Shown here: piece after piece, positions 9,445 to 21,798 of the stretch
Layout: the number at the start of each line of letters is the position of its first letter
Position numbering within the stretch: the first letter of the stretch is position 1
Origin: Lepidodermella squamata
Lineage: Eukaryota; Animalia; Gastrotricha
Assembly (NCBI GenBank): GCA_047495785.1
Contig: JBLDXI010000007.1
Coordinates: 1,054,001 to 1,118,000 of the forward strand
Length of the DNA stretch: 64,000 nt
Direction: 5' to 3'
The notes under the pieces: model-generated
Told to the model about the DNA's origin: nothing
Databases searched by the model: none
The model's input: the letters and a program-made list of their open reading frames with translations, nothing else
Made by a program: the position numbers and the translations under genes

Positions 9445-12400
9445 TCATTTAAATAGTATGATAGGTGGAGTCGGCAAGTCAGCAGAGACGTCGTCAGTGA
9501 AAATAGAGACGCAAGAGACACCCATAGGGTAGGCCTTGAGGTTGTCAAGGTAGCGGTACCAGATGTTTAGATCTTCGATGTAGTACTGCCAAACACCGCT
9601 GTCGAGGGTAAAACCCACCGAGTAAGTTGCCGACCAGTCAGCTCCGGATCCATCCGTCTCCTGTGCATACGCCGGCGCGTATTGCCGATTTAGGGTGTAA
9701 ACGGTCAATTGGCGCGTGTCCCAAGCGGCGGTGAGTTGCAGCCACTTGTTGGCGTCCACATAATCCGCAACAGTCACCAGCCATCTGTGGGTCTCGTTGC
9801 GCACCTCAACTCGCAAGTTCTGATTGTCCAGGAAGATCTGAATGCCTTGCAAGGCCGAACTGCGCAGTGACAACAGCGATCGGCTGAATTGTTTTAAGGA
9901 AGGCAACATGAACCAGAAGGATACGGTGAATCCATTCGGGCATTTCGAAAGATCACCTGGGCATTGCTTGTCTGAATCCATGGCGTTGCCCGTTTTCCAG
10001 TCGGACGGGTAGGTGATTTCGAAAACGGGCGTTGCGAGGGATTTCTTAAGGTAGTTGAACGGTGTTATAGAGCTTGTTTGATCTAACATCTGAGGCTGAA
10101 ACACATTGCGATATTGAGCGATTGCCGGACAGTCGTCGGTGATGAATGGTGTGACGGAGTAGTCGGTGCGGAACCAAATATCGTCGACGTACAACGGCAC
10201 AACCTTGCTCATTTCGGAGTTCGAGCAGCCGACGGTAGCTTTGGTGAACAAATACATGAGTTGCGGTTTGTGAATTGGCCCAGCTAGGCCGATAGTGATG
10301 TCGTCGGTTTGCAGTCGTCCGTTGACGTAGACCTCAAGGCCACCGGTGACATTCCAGCGGAACATCAAGTTGAACCAGACATCACTTGCCACGATGTAGA
10401 TTCTCGATCGCGACCACAGGTACGTTCCGTTCGAGACGCCAACGCCCAAGATACCCTGGTTCAGTGAAATGTAGACACCAGGCTCGCCCGGTTCTTGGCC
10501 GCCACTCGAGAAAACGTATCCGTCTGCTGTCAAGTCAACCAATTTGATCCAAATGCTGAACACGAAGCCCGAGTTACCACAAAGCGTTACGTTGGTCAAG
10601 CAAGTTCCGGCGAAATTCCCGAGGCTGACACAAGATTCGCTTGAGGCAACTGTCTTGAGCGCTCTGCCCTGGTACCGTCGATCGACGCCAAAAGATGAAT
10701 CTTGAGGCATGTCAAGTGTTCCCGGTATTATGAAGAGATCATGAGCCGGTCCGCTGAACGACCAGTAGTAATATCCAGTGATTAAATACATTGCCTCTTG
10801 TTGTGGCATACCCATCATCAGGCCAAGTTGAGCGATATTGGACATCGCAGTTGGATAGATAGCCAGTTGGTGTATCTCGAAATCTTGGTTACCCGACCCA
10901 GTGACGGTCCTGTCAATGCCGCCTACTACGAACGTGGCGTTAGCCTCAGTGGTCCCGGTCAGATAAGGAGCCGGATCTGCAGCATTTTTCACGCGAGCTG
11001 CGTACGGAGTAGTCGTCGGGACACCGTTAATCCAGCAAGTCGCCACGCCGCCATAAAGGTTGTATGAGACAGCTACGTTTACTCAGTTGTTAAGAATCTG
11101 TTCCCAGGTTGCGACAACGCCGTTAGCATCGTTGAGCGGCGTCGAGCTGCAGCCGGGTATGTCAAGACCATTGGCAACCGTCCGAATCCTGATACCACCT
11201 TTGCCAACAAAGTACTTGTCGGTAGCGAAGATGACTTGGCCAGGCTGTTGAATATTGATCTTCACCCACATGGCAACGGTAAAGTTTTTTCGCCAGTCCG
11301 AGGCGTTCATCATCACTAGTGGCGCCATAGATTCAGGCAGGTTGAAACGGGCGCTTACCGGGGTGACAGTAATGCCGTACGAGTAGCCGTATTTAGGATC
11401 AACATATTTCTGAGCAATAGCTAACCGGATGCCATACAGTGAATTTTGCCAGTTCGAAATCAACCGATATCGGTCGAACCAAATGCTCGCATTTCCGTAC
11501 CATGGATTCACAATCAAACCGAACATCTTGGGAATATCTAGCGGATCGAAGTTCTTATGGTAGACTGCCAAGGTGTCATAGGCGAAGAAGCCAGTGTGAT
11601 TCATCACTCCGTCGTTGAAAGAATTGACACCCATTAAGGCGCGATTGTCATAGCGCCAGATTGGTTTTGCGTCGGTAATGCTGTCAACTCCAACGATGTT
11701 GGCGCGAGAAGCATACGCTTTGAGAACGCCGTTGATAAAGAAATACAGACCGGTGTCGAGTGACCATGTGATTGACATGTGATACCACGTGTCTCTCGTC
11801 ACGTCCATAGCAGGAACACTCGCGCGCCACACGGTGTAGTTGCCCGTTTTGCCGTTGTTCACGTTGAAGTCACTGTACCGCGAAACTTCAGCCCAGAGAG
11901 CGCGGTTTGGAACAGAAGATGTGTCTACTTCAAGCCAGAGCGAAACACCGATACAATGTTCGTCAACATTACCAGTCGTGAAGATGTAGTGGCGACCTGG
12001 GTGTGTGATCGATTCTGCAATGTAGAAGTAGCCTCCGTACGTCGCCCCGGATGAGTCACAGTTGGCAGGGTTTGCCAAGCAGCTTGTGCTCTGATTCAAG
12101 AATATCGAATTGGAGTATGGGTCCCTAAAGCCAAGGAAGCTGTTCGTCGTATTAGCGGTCATTACGGTGTGGCCTTTTACATCGGTGTCAGCAACGTTGA
12201 TCTTGACGTATCCGGTATCTGGATACAACCACATGCCACCAACCTTGCTCCAGTAGAGTGTGCGATCACGGATGACGAAATAGTCACTGGACCAGACGTT
12301 GGTTGCGTTCCACAGAACAACGGCTTCTTTTTCGGACAATCCCAAGAATTTGTAGGTCTCGAACGGGTAGATATACGTGCGCCAAACGACGAAGTCATTC

Positions 12401-14723
12401 ACCGCTGTACCAGCGAGAGTGGATGAGAGGAAGCCATCGCTACCTATGATAATCTGGTTTGTGACAAATTTGCTTCGAGCGTCGGCGATGTTGGCTGCCA
12501 CGGCCGGTGCGGCCATAACCGTTGGAATAATCAGTTGCGGGAATTCAGGAAAAAAAGGTGTAGGCAAACCATTGATGTAAGTTTGTATTCCTAGGTCTTT
12601 GCGGTAGCTGAAAGCTAGGTTAACCCAGCGTCCGAGGAGCGGTCCGCAATCGCCTGGGAACTGAGCCACAGTCGTTCCGATCCGGATGAAAACGTGGTTG
12701 TCCTCAGTGTACAGCTCCCAAGATTTCTCAGTGCGGACGCTAGCTATCGAGCCACTCGGGGCGTATATGTTCCTCGCAATGGTGTAATGATCGTTCATTA
12801 CTCGCAGGCTAGCGGTTAATGGCATCATGACCCAGATAGACAAGCTGAAGCCTCGTGTGCACGTGTCAAGCGAGTGCGGGCAATCATCGGTGACTGAGTT
12901 ATCGGTCTTGTTTCGAACATCGACGTAGAAGTAGGAGTTCGAATTCTGGAGTTGAGCCGCGTATGTTGTCTTCAACAAGTTCGGATCGATTCCAGCTGTC
13001 GATCCCTCTGACCGAGGGTAAGACCGACCAGGGAAATCGTTTATGATCATGCCTTTGTCCGCATAGCAAGGTCCAATCGATACATTTGCAATATATGAAG
13101 TGGGCATATACGTTGCATTGCCGCTGGGAATAAAATCGCCCGGGTGGAACTTGTAGTACATGTCAGCCATGGCGTAGTACGGATTGACCGCTGGGAAATG
13201 AAATTCTCAATTATTTAGTGGACATCGGTCAGCTCTGAAGGAAAATCACGTTCTGGATTTGGGTTGACGGATTTCGCGCGATCGGGGTTAATGTTTGTCT
13301 TGGGCATAGCTTTACCTCCCAACAAATATGTTACTTCTTCGTCGCAAATACGCCAAGCCCAGAAAGCTACGTCATCAATAATTGCCGAGGTGAACTGCAA
13401 ATATGAGCTATGCAATTCGTCTTACATGGTATTTGCTCGGTGTTGCACTATTGGAAAGTGAAGTTGTTCCCCAAGGATCACCCTGGCAACCGATGTAGAT
13501 GGCAGTGGCGTTTCGCGGATTCACCGGCGTAGCCAATTGGCTGAAGACCGGGTAGGAGCCAGTTGCGCTGGTCGCAGCCGAATTCTCGATGGGTGGGATT
13601 GCGATGCAGCCGAGATCTTCGTCGGCATTGCCAGTGCTGACCTCGCACTTGCGCCCGAAAATGAACACATCAATGTAGTAGTCCTTGCTTGTAGGCGGTT
13701 TGCTTGGCAAGGCACGCTGCCAGCGGAAGCCGATGTTGGTCCAGAATGTGTTGGCGCCATCGTCAGATGGCGGCCAGATAATGCCATTGCCGTCAGTGAT
13801 AGCTACGTCCTGAATGTACTGATAGTTTACATCTGTCACAACTACTCGAATGTAGTGTTGTTGTCCATCGGATGCCACAAGCTCCAACCAACGATTGGGT
13901 ATGCGCCCGGGTCCGAGTACATCAAAGAAGGATTTTCGCTGTCGCCGTAGTCGGTTCCGGCCAAGAAGCGCACCTTATCGGGTTCCATCAGCCATGTCGA
14001 GTTGTACTTGATCCACATGGAGACAGTGAAGCCGTTGCTCTCACATTTCGATGGATTGATCATACACTTCTCTTGCCTGAACTTCTCAGGATTAGTATCG
14101 AAGTTACCGATGTAAATGCAATCTTTCTGCGTCTCGTCCGTGATTGTTGGGTCGAGATTCAGCACCACACAGTCTTCAGTGTTGCTCAGGCGCTGGCATG
14201 GCACTTGATTGGCGCAGTTATCATCGAAAAGGCCGTTGTCGAAATCGTTCCAGTAGCCATCCATCTTGCTAGATGGTACGAATAAGATGTTGTTTTGGAC
14301 TCGCGAGCACAGCCGATTGTAAGCGTCAGGGTTATACAAATCGACAGACTGGCCTTTCGTGTTTGTGTAGCTCACGGGTCCGGGCTGCAGCAACAGGTCG
14401 AAGTAGCCATCAGCTACCAACGGCGGCCATTCCTCGCATCGATTGATCCTAATTTCACGGACACAGTGCCAATGTGCGTAATATATTATATTTCAAGCCT
14501 ACTTGGATGACCCTTGAATGCTTGTTGTGCCTGTATTTTTCACTTTCACAACCTGCTTCTTGTCCGTTCTTTTCATCATGTCGGTTTTGTTGCAAGCCCA
14601 CAAAGGCGAGTAGAAGTTTTCCCCTGTATCAGCTCGGAAGTTCGACTGAGCAATGCCATCGAATGACCAATAGAAATGGGCCGTATCCGAATACAACAAG
14701 CCTGTTACACCCCAAAAAGTCAA
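9445..14723 (-). pseudogene. Disrupted, apparently 5'-truncated gene for a six-repeat LamG/pentraxin-like protein
   Basis: Repeated C-x-x-[ND]-x-x-x-C-x(2-3)-G-F-[TS]-x-S-x-W, W-x-[NH]-x(3)-W, Y-[IV]-N-G and D-D-x-x-x-W motifs. Introns at about 14449-14503, 13395-13425 and 13193-13314. Frameshift near 13870 and in-frame TGA at 11083-11085. No signal peptide found. Confidence 0.75.
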
Positions 14724-15122
14724 GTCAAATCATAAATAACTGAAAGCATCGTAAGCTACTTGTAATGTTGACAGATAGACAGATAGATAGACCGAAATTC
14801 ACCTGCGCCATTTCGCGTCCACCGACAACAGTTCTTTCAAAAATGAAAATCAATGAATTGCGTGTTGCAAATGCGATTCTACAATGGTCAAGGAAGAAAT
14901 GGCTTTCAAAAAGCGATGTTTTTCGGCTGCCTTATGCCGAGGCAAATAAAATATATAAGTAGGTAAGGCCAGGCCCATTCGCACCATTTGCCTCATTAAC
15001 TATTAAGGCATCGCACCGGCTCGTACGCCGCTGGGGAGTAACCTTGGGACTAATGACAGTATGGACTTGAAACTGCCGGAAAATTCACCTGATCGAGCCA
15101 AAAATAATGGGTTTTTAGCGAT

Positions 15123-15338
15123 TATAACAAGGCCTTGCCTGCATTCTCCCATTACATTAATTTTTTAAGGTGAACCCGATATTTATCGACTCAACTGCTT
15201 CTTCGTGAGTTGAGGCATCTAACTGTCGAAGTCCCATAGTCAGAGCACTCACACCTGAGAAGCAATTGAGTCATTTAATATCGGGTTCACCTTAAAAAAT
15301 TAATGTAATGAGAGAATGCAGCCAAGGTCTTGTTATAT
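15123..15338. mobile_element. Palindromic MITE flanked by TA
   Basis: TATAACAAGGCCTTG...CAAGGTCTTGTTATA with about 90-bp inverted arms. Confidence 0.75.
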
Positions 15339-15779
15339 ATTGTTTTATTCTTACTTGGTTAGCTGATAAATTATCCGTTATTTACTCATAGAAGCCATTG
15401 AAAATACAATTCAATTATCAGCTACCGCGATCAGCTACTGGCGCGCAAATGTTCCATGACATTGTAACTGATTCCTGGGGTGAAAATGCACAAGAGAAGG
15501 CTTTGACGCCTGACTTCTTCTCTTGAAGTGAAGATAGTAACAAAGCTTAATAAAAACAACAATTAAAGTTTTATTTGTCACGTCAAATGCATATAATTGA
15601 TAAATACCTAATATTCAATGAATACGAATAAAAAACGGAGAATAAACAAAAGTGAACTCGAATATAGTTACGGCAGTTAAACAAGATACAACTTTCACCA
15701 TATAGCACTGCTGGTAACTTTTCGAAAATGTCCAAACCCCCTTTCTGAAGTGGTCGAAGTGACTCAGAAATGGTCGTGT

Positions 15780-18325
15780 TCAAATCTTGGAGATCGTCAT
15801 GTAGGCGCATACATGAATTCCCACAAAGCCAACTATAGCGAGGAGAAAAGCTAAGATGTCGATGAGCCTAGCCAGAGTTACGCGTTTCCTCAGAATTCCT
15901 CCTACCATCTCACTGCCTCTGTAGCACGCTACCAGCCAAACGGTCGCCATTTGGTAAATCGTGATAGCTGCGGCGAAGAACACCAGTTGCATGATGTAGT
16001 CACCCAGTAGAGATCGATTTGCTGTCTGCGGTAGAACCCCCCTCACATCAGCCTGGGCAACGACCAGGGCTAGAAGGGACGTGATGGTGAAAGTAGGCCT
16101 TTCAGCAGTTTCAGGCAGCAATAAAAAAGTCAGCAGGTTGATAGATGACAGGACAGCACTAGGCAGGGCCAAGTTAACGAGATAGTAATCAGGGATACGT
16201 TTGATCGTGATTGAAAAATTAGCGGCATGAACGTATTCGCCCATGAATTTCCGAATCGACGTCTTTTGCCCCGCTGCTAGAACCCGCCACTCTGCCGTCT
16301 CATTTTTCTCAGCCCATTCGAAATAAATGACAGAAAATTGGGCTCGTTCAAAATTTCGAACCATTTGAAACGTAAAGTGGCATTCCTGAGTGTCAAATGG
16401 GAAATTGTCGAGATTCAGCTGACAGTCCGACTCCAGAAGGCCTTCCCTGACCCAGTAGAAACTCAACGTGATGTTGTCCCCCTTTTCTGGCACATCCATG
16501 TAAACAGTTAGATCTTGATCGTAACCATCCAGGTGGTAGTTAGATGTTGCGGTTGATGTGAATCTCGCAGCAGGTAGCCAAGCTTCATCCGCAGATGTAA
16601 CCTGTAGTTTCTGGCTGCCATCCCGGGACACATAAATGTTAGTTGCATTTTTCGAGCAAGTTGTCACGTTCCATTTTGCGTACATGATGACGTCGGTGTC
16701 GATCTTCTGTGCTACGTTGTCGACATCTCGCAGCGAGTTGACAATCAACACGAAGGTGATAGGGTTCGGCTGGTTGTTGTTTGGTGGGAAAGCCCTCGAC
16801 GAAGCAAAATCGTCGCAATACGGTCTTATCTCGCTAAGCTTGGTTGGGTTTATGCCGAATCCAGGGATTGTCGGCACGTATTTCTCCAAGGGAGAACTAT
16901 CGGAACTCATTGTAGATAAGTCACTAATTAGCGTCCCAGATTTTTTAGGCGGGAAAGTCGCCGCTGCGGATGATATTGATGGTGACTCATTGCGTGTAGT
17001 AGACGTTGAAGTTCCACCTGACCAAACAACTGCAGGTGTATCCGTTGTCTTAGAGGACGAAATTGTTGATTCAGGGAATTGCCGTGTCGTAGGCATAGGC
17101 GTTGATTCACTCGGAGTGATTGTTGCAGCTGGCATGTTTGTGGTCGGCGTGGTACTGGTTGACATCGGTGCAGCGGTTGATGTCGATGTTGTAGCAGTTG
17201 TCGACGTTGATGTCGAAGTAGTTGTTGATGCTGATGCCGATGTTGTGGTCGTAGACGTGGTGCTGGTGGTCGTTGTTGATGTCGTCGGTGGGACGAACCC
17301 TCCTACAGCTGGTTCCACTGCAACGGTTGTCGCTGCGGTGTTAACAGTTTCGAATGTATACAACTTCCCTTGAACTCCCGGCGACGGAAAATATGCACTG
17401 TTCTCAGCAGCGACCCCGATGACATAGGGGCCGCCAATGGCGAACCCTCTTATCTGTTGCGATGATAGAATATTTTTGGAATTTCCGTTACTGTTTTGCA
17501 GATCCACCTACATTCAAAACATTGTATAATTACGATGGGGTGCATAATATCAGAGCCTCACTGTCAAAAGGTCGTTTATTATCGTTATTGTATACTTATG
17601 ATCTCCATATGGCAAGCTACCTAAAATGGGAGTGGTTTTAGAAAGCTCCGGAGCTTTCCACCATGCATCAGCCGGGTTCACGGCTACACTTGAATTTTGA
17701 AAGTAAACATAGGCCCGATTATCGTTGTAAAAGCATTCAACTACCAAGCCTCTGAGAGGTTTCTGCATGAAAATAGCAGTGTCTTCGACTGAAATATTTT
17801 AAAAAATAAGTTGCCATTCCAGTAAATTCCAAGTCATATTTTACTTACAGCTTCCGAATGATTGAAGAGAATTCGGTTGTAGAATGTAAATCAACAATCC
17901 GGCTGATTTTGTGTTGGCAGGGCTCGTGATGCCAAATGAAACAGTCAACGTCAAGCCAGTGGCATTATTTAGCATCTATTGAAAGCGTTGAATCTGTATC
18001 TAACGCGATACTTGAGCAAAACATCGAAACATACTTGCTTAGAAATCAATGCATATGCAGCCTTTTCTAGTTTGTAGAATGGAAACCCGGCGCTTCCAGC
18101 TGGAATGATTGGCAACGTCTGGCTGACCGTACTGTTCTTAACAAAGTAGTACCAGTTATCAATATCTGCGGAAAATATGGTTATACTACAACATTTGAAT
18201 CTCACGGCCGGGGCACAAGGCTTACCTGTACTATTTCCGAAGAAGCTGAATTCAGGCAGGATGACTCCTGGTTCACAACCGGGTAGAGCCAACCAAGCGA
18301 TGGTGAACGTAGTAAGAATATGCAT
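15780..18325 (-). CDS. LGIC-2: paralog of LGIC-1 with the same lectin-like, mucin and pLGIC architecture (5 exons)
   Basis: Signal peptide MHILTTFTIAWLALPGC, the same intron positions, identical Cys-loop, near-identical M1-M3. Confidence 0.9.
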
Positions 18326-19191
18326 ATCCAAATTGTATTCCTTTGATAATTCTTCGACAAGAAACAAGAGATGAGCTCGTCATGAAAACCCTCTAGGGAA
18401 AATATAATTATTTATTATTTTTTGGCCTAAATTTAGAATGAGATCGCGATTTGTCGGGGAGCATTGCACATCTAAGGCCGGATATTGCTGGTTCAAAATT
18501 CCAATTTTTTGAGAAGCCACAGCTATCCCTCTAACAACAGTTCTCCGGCTGCGCCTTTGTATGAGCAAATACAGCCAGCAAGACCGATGTTTGGATTAGA
18601 CAACCATGGTTCGATAATAAGAGAGTCATGCTCATGATCGCTTCTATACCAACCTGCAATAAGTTTGACAGCTCAGGTTTCACACACAGACATTGATTGT
18701 TCGCTTTTCTAACAGGATTGTCCAAGATAAACAGAAAACAATGTTCAGAGTATTCTGCGGGATAAGGATTGTAGATTCTCCGAGTTTTACTGGAATCGGG
18801 CTAGTGTCTCCGTGTATAATCCTGAAACGATTGTGACACTATGGGGGTTCTCGCCTTCTAAGGAGGATGATAATCCTTTAATAGGAATATCGGGGTTATT
18901 TTTGGATTTGCTTAGTTAGAAAAGTGAGAATTGAAAATTGAGATCTGATCGGGGAAACTAACGGAAAAACGTTGATTGCGTTGAAAATTGAATTGAAATT
19001 GAAAGAAGTGATATGCCCTTAACCTGAAGTCCTGAAGACTAAAATAGGGATTTTAAATTTTAAATGTTTAATATTCGCTCCACACTCTGATACGGATACT
19101 GCTCCAGACTGAGACCCAACTCCAGTGACACTCTATGAGCTTTTTGACAGGTTCCCTCGAATAACGCATGAAATAAAAAGCCATTAATGTT

Positions 19192-20589
19192 TTATTCGTT
19201 CGGTTGTTGTTCAAAACTTAACAAAAGCTGACTGATAGGAATCATCGGTAGAAATTCATCAAAATTCAAATAACTTGTAATCGAGTCAGGAAATCTCAGC
19301 GAAACTACAGCGTCAAATCTTGGCTTCAAGCCAACAGCTAAATGCCGCAATATGACCGTCCTGCAAATTGCTTGCAGCTTTCGCGGAAATTTCGACTTGA
19401 TAAAAATGATGAAACGTTCAACATTAGCTAAATCAGCTGCATCTTCGTTGTTCGCATTGAGTCGGCCGCCAAATAAAATTGCGTCCAGCGCTGCGATATC
19501 AAGCGAAGACCGGCCGCGTGATTCGATTAGAAAATCAGTGACAACCTCGGTCCGACCCCAAACTCGGATACTAAGGCGGTCGTTTCTTTCGTTTGACCTT
19601 AGGAATTTCGCAACGATTTTGAACTTCGGGAACCAGCCGACAGCAAACGGATCAGGGTACATCAAGGCGCCAGTCTTCAAAATTGGCAAGCAGCCATGGA
19701 AGAACATTTTCAGTGAGTCTAAAGCATTGCCTTCATCGACAGCATACGTATTAGCAGCTGTTTCGAAGGAGGCAAACATAGCTGAGATCAACCCGCCGGA
19801 CATTGCCTTAGACAGCACAAAATCAGGGGTTGATTCGATGATTTTCCCAGCGACTTCTTCGTCTAATTTCGATATGAAAGTCGCGCTAAAAACAGCAGAG
19901 CCATATGCGATTGGTCTAACAAGATCTGCTCCTTTTTCAATTAAAATTTTCGCAATTTTGCCATGCTTCAGCCTTTTTTCACGGTCAGTCCTTAGAGCAT
20001 TTTCATCCACGGCGTAACTTCGGATGACATTTGAGAAAACAATATCCAAATTCCTGATTCGGCCGAATTTGTTGAACAAAATCGGCAGAGCTTCGTCGAA
20101 ATGAATCGAAACCGCCAAATCGAGCAGCGATTGATGAATACATTTAGGAATTATGGCGAAATTATCCGAAATTTTGTTCAAGGCCGAATCGAGTACGGAA
20201 GATTTTAAAGAATTTGTAGCACACCAAAGTAAAATTTCGATGTTAGCCAGTTGATTACTGGCACCGATATCGACTAGCTCAGCGATGATTTCGAACATTT
20301 TGTTCAGGTCGTAGTCGACAATTTGCCACGGGAAGTTGTCGAACCAAACACCGTGGCCGAAATGAAGATCCGGATCTACCAGACTGCCTCTTTTGATGCA
20401 GGGTGTTAGCATTGTTTTGATGGGTTGTTGCTCGTCCGATGGTTCTTGCTGTAGCTCGTAGTTTTCAATGATTTTCGCTGCGATTTCATCAGCGGCCCTG
20501 ACGAGTAATTCGACATGGCCCTCGGTGTAAAATGGGCATAGAACGCAAGGATCGGCTTGGCAGTGGTAAGATGCATGAATGGAACTCAT
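19192..20589 (-). CDS. Intronless SOCS-box protein with degenerate ankyrin-like repeats (ASB-like)
   Basis: C-terminal PRKLQAICRTVILRHL...LRFPDSITSYLNF is a SOCS box. KIAKILIEKGADL is ankyrin-like. Confidence 0.75.
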   Translation of the reverse strand: MSSIHASYHCQADPCVLCPFYTEGHVELLVRAADEIAAKIIENYELQQEPSDEQQPIKTMLTPCIKRGSLVDPDLHFGHGVWFDNFPWQIVDYDLNKMFEIIAELVDIGASNQLANIEILLWCATNSLKSSVLDSALNKISDNFAIIPKCIHQSLLDLAVSIHFDEALPILFNKFGRIRNLDIVFSNVIRSYAVDENALRTDREKRLKHGKIAKILIEKGADLVRPIAYGSAVFSATFISKLDEEVAGKIIESTPDFVLSKAMSGGLISAMFASFETAANTYAVDEGNALDSLKMFFHGCLPILKTGALMYPDPFAVGWFPKFKIVAKFLRSNERNDRLSIRVWGRTEVVTDFLIESRGRSSLDIAALDAILFGGRLNANNEDAADLANVERFIIFIKSKFPRKLQAICRTVILRHLAVGLKPRFDAVVSLRFPDSITSYLNFDEFLPMIPISQLLLSFEQQPNE

Positions 20590-21798
20590 GCATGAAGCGG
20601 AAAATTAATTTTGAAAATTGTAGTAAGCCCAGCTTAAAATAGAAAGTTGCAAGTTACTTGAGCCGAGTTTCTCTTTCGAATTTCACAAGTTAAGCAAACA
20701 TCGGTGTATCATCTGGCTGTTACATGGAACACTCTCAGACTTCCTTACGAAACCAACAGTTCTTTTGTATTATTTTCTAAATTATCCATATGAGAAAATA
20801 CCTTGGAAACATTCTTTGAGGAATTTAATAAGGGTCCAAATATTCGCCAATAAAAATGAGGTTCGAGCACTAAATTTAAGCGTCATGGCACTACATTTTT
20901 CATATTCTTGGCAATTTCGGCGTGTTAGTTTTTTGATCGATGCTGATGCCCTCCCTGAACCTAGGATTCGTTATTTCAGCTACCTGTCGCCCTAACCTAC
21001 GCAGAAAATGTATGGATGTTGGGTTCCAAGACGGCTGATATCGGAAAAATCACTGATTTGTAAAATCGATACTTGGAATCGATATCGGCTCTGCAGGCTG
21101 AAGTATAACCCACAATCTGACCGCTCATAGCGCAAAATACGCGTAATATGAGGATCAGTTTAGTTAGTATTTTCCAACGCCGTACTATTTTACGTCACTC
21201 TTTCTTCTGGAAATTAGGCGATATAAAAGCGTATGATCTCCTTCCGGTGCGATTTAAGGCTGATGAAAAAAACAAGGTGAAGAAAATCAGAACTCTCATT
21301 TCTTGAGTTTGTGAATGAACATGAGGTAGCAGTTGCGAGCGCACGCAGAATTTCGGAATTTCGCTAGAATGTCAGATTATATGTGATTACGAAGTCACCC
21401 GGTTAGATAAAACAAGGGTTTCCGCTTACTTTTCCTAATATCTTTCCTAGCATTTTTTGCATTTCACAAAAAAGCAATTATCGGGATTAAACATCGGCGA
21501 GTCGAGTTATCATTAACTACAAGAATATAGCCGTTTTCTCGCTATTCAACCGTGACCGAACTATTAATCCTGCGCTTCTAATGAAAGTCGAGAAATTGTC
21601 TAAGGAAAGCCAAACCAATCAAAATAAAATGGATGCTGTGCCTATTTTAAACTCCATTGGGCCTATTTTCAGGTTAAAAGATCGGATTTATCCTAGTGTT
21701 AGGATCCTCTATTTTCAAACATCAGTCAAAATGTTCGAAATTCCCCTTCTAGGCTTTGAAAATTTTAAAATTAATGGGATGGCTGTCTTTAATTGAAG

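Noticed and set aside
11083-11085. UGA recoded as Trp or Sec (alternative genetic code)
   Set aside because: LGIC-1 ends in TAA and LGIC-2 in TGA at the homologous codon, and Trp is TGG elsewhere, so TGA is a normal stop here.
16636-17373. Val/Asp-rich antisense ORFs (also 7096-7497)
   Set aside because: Reverse complement of the Thr/Ser mucin stalk codons.
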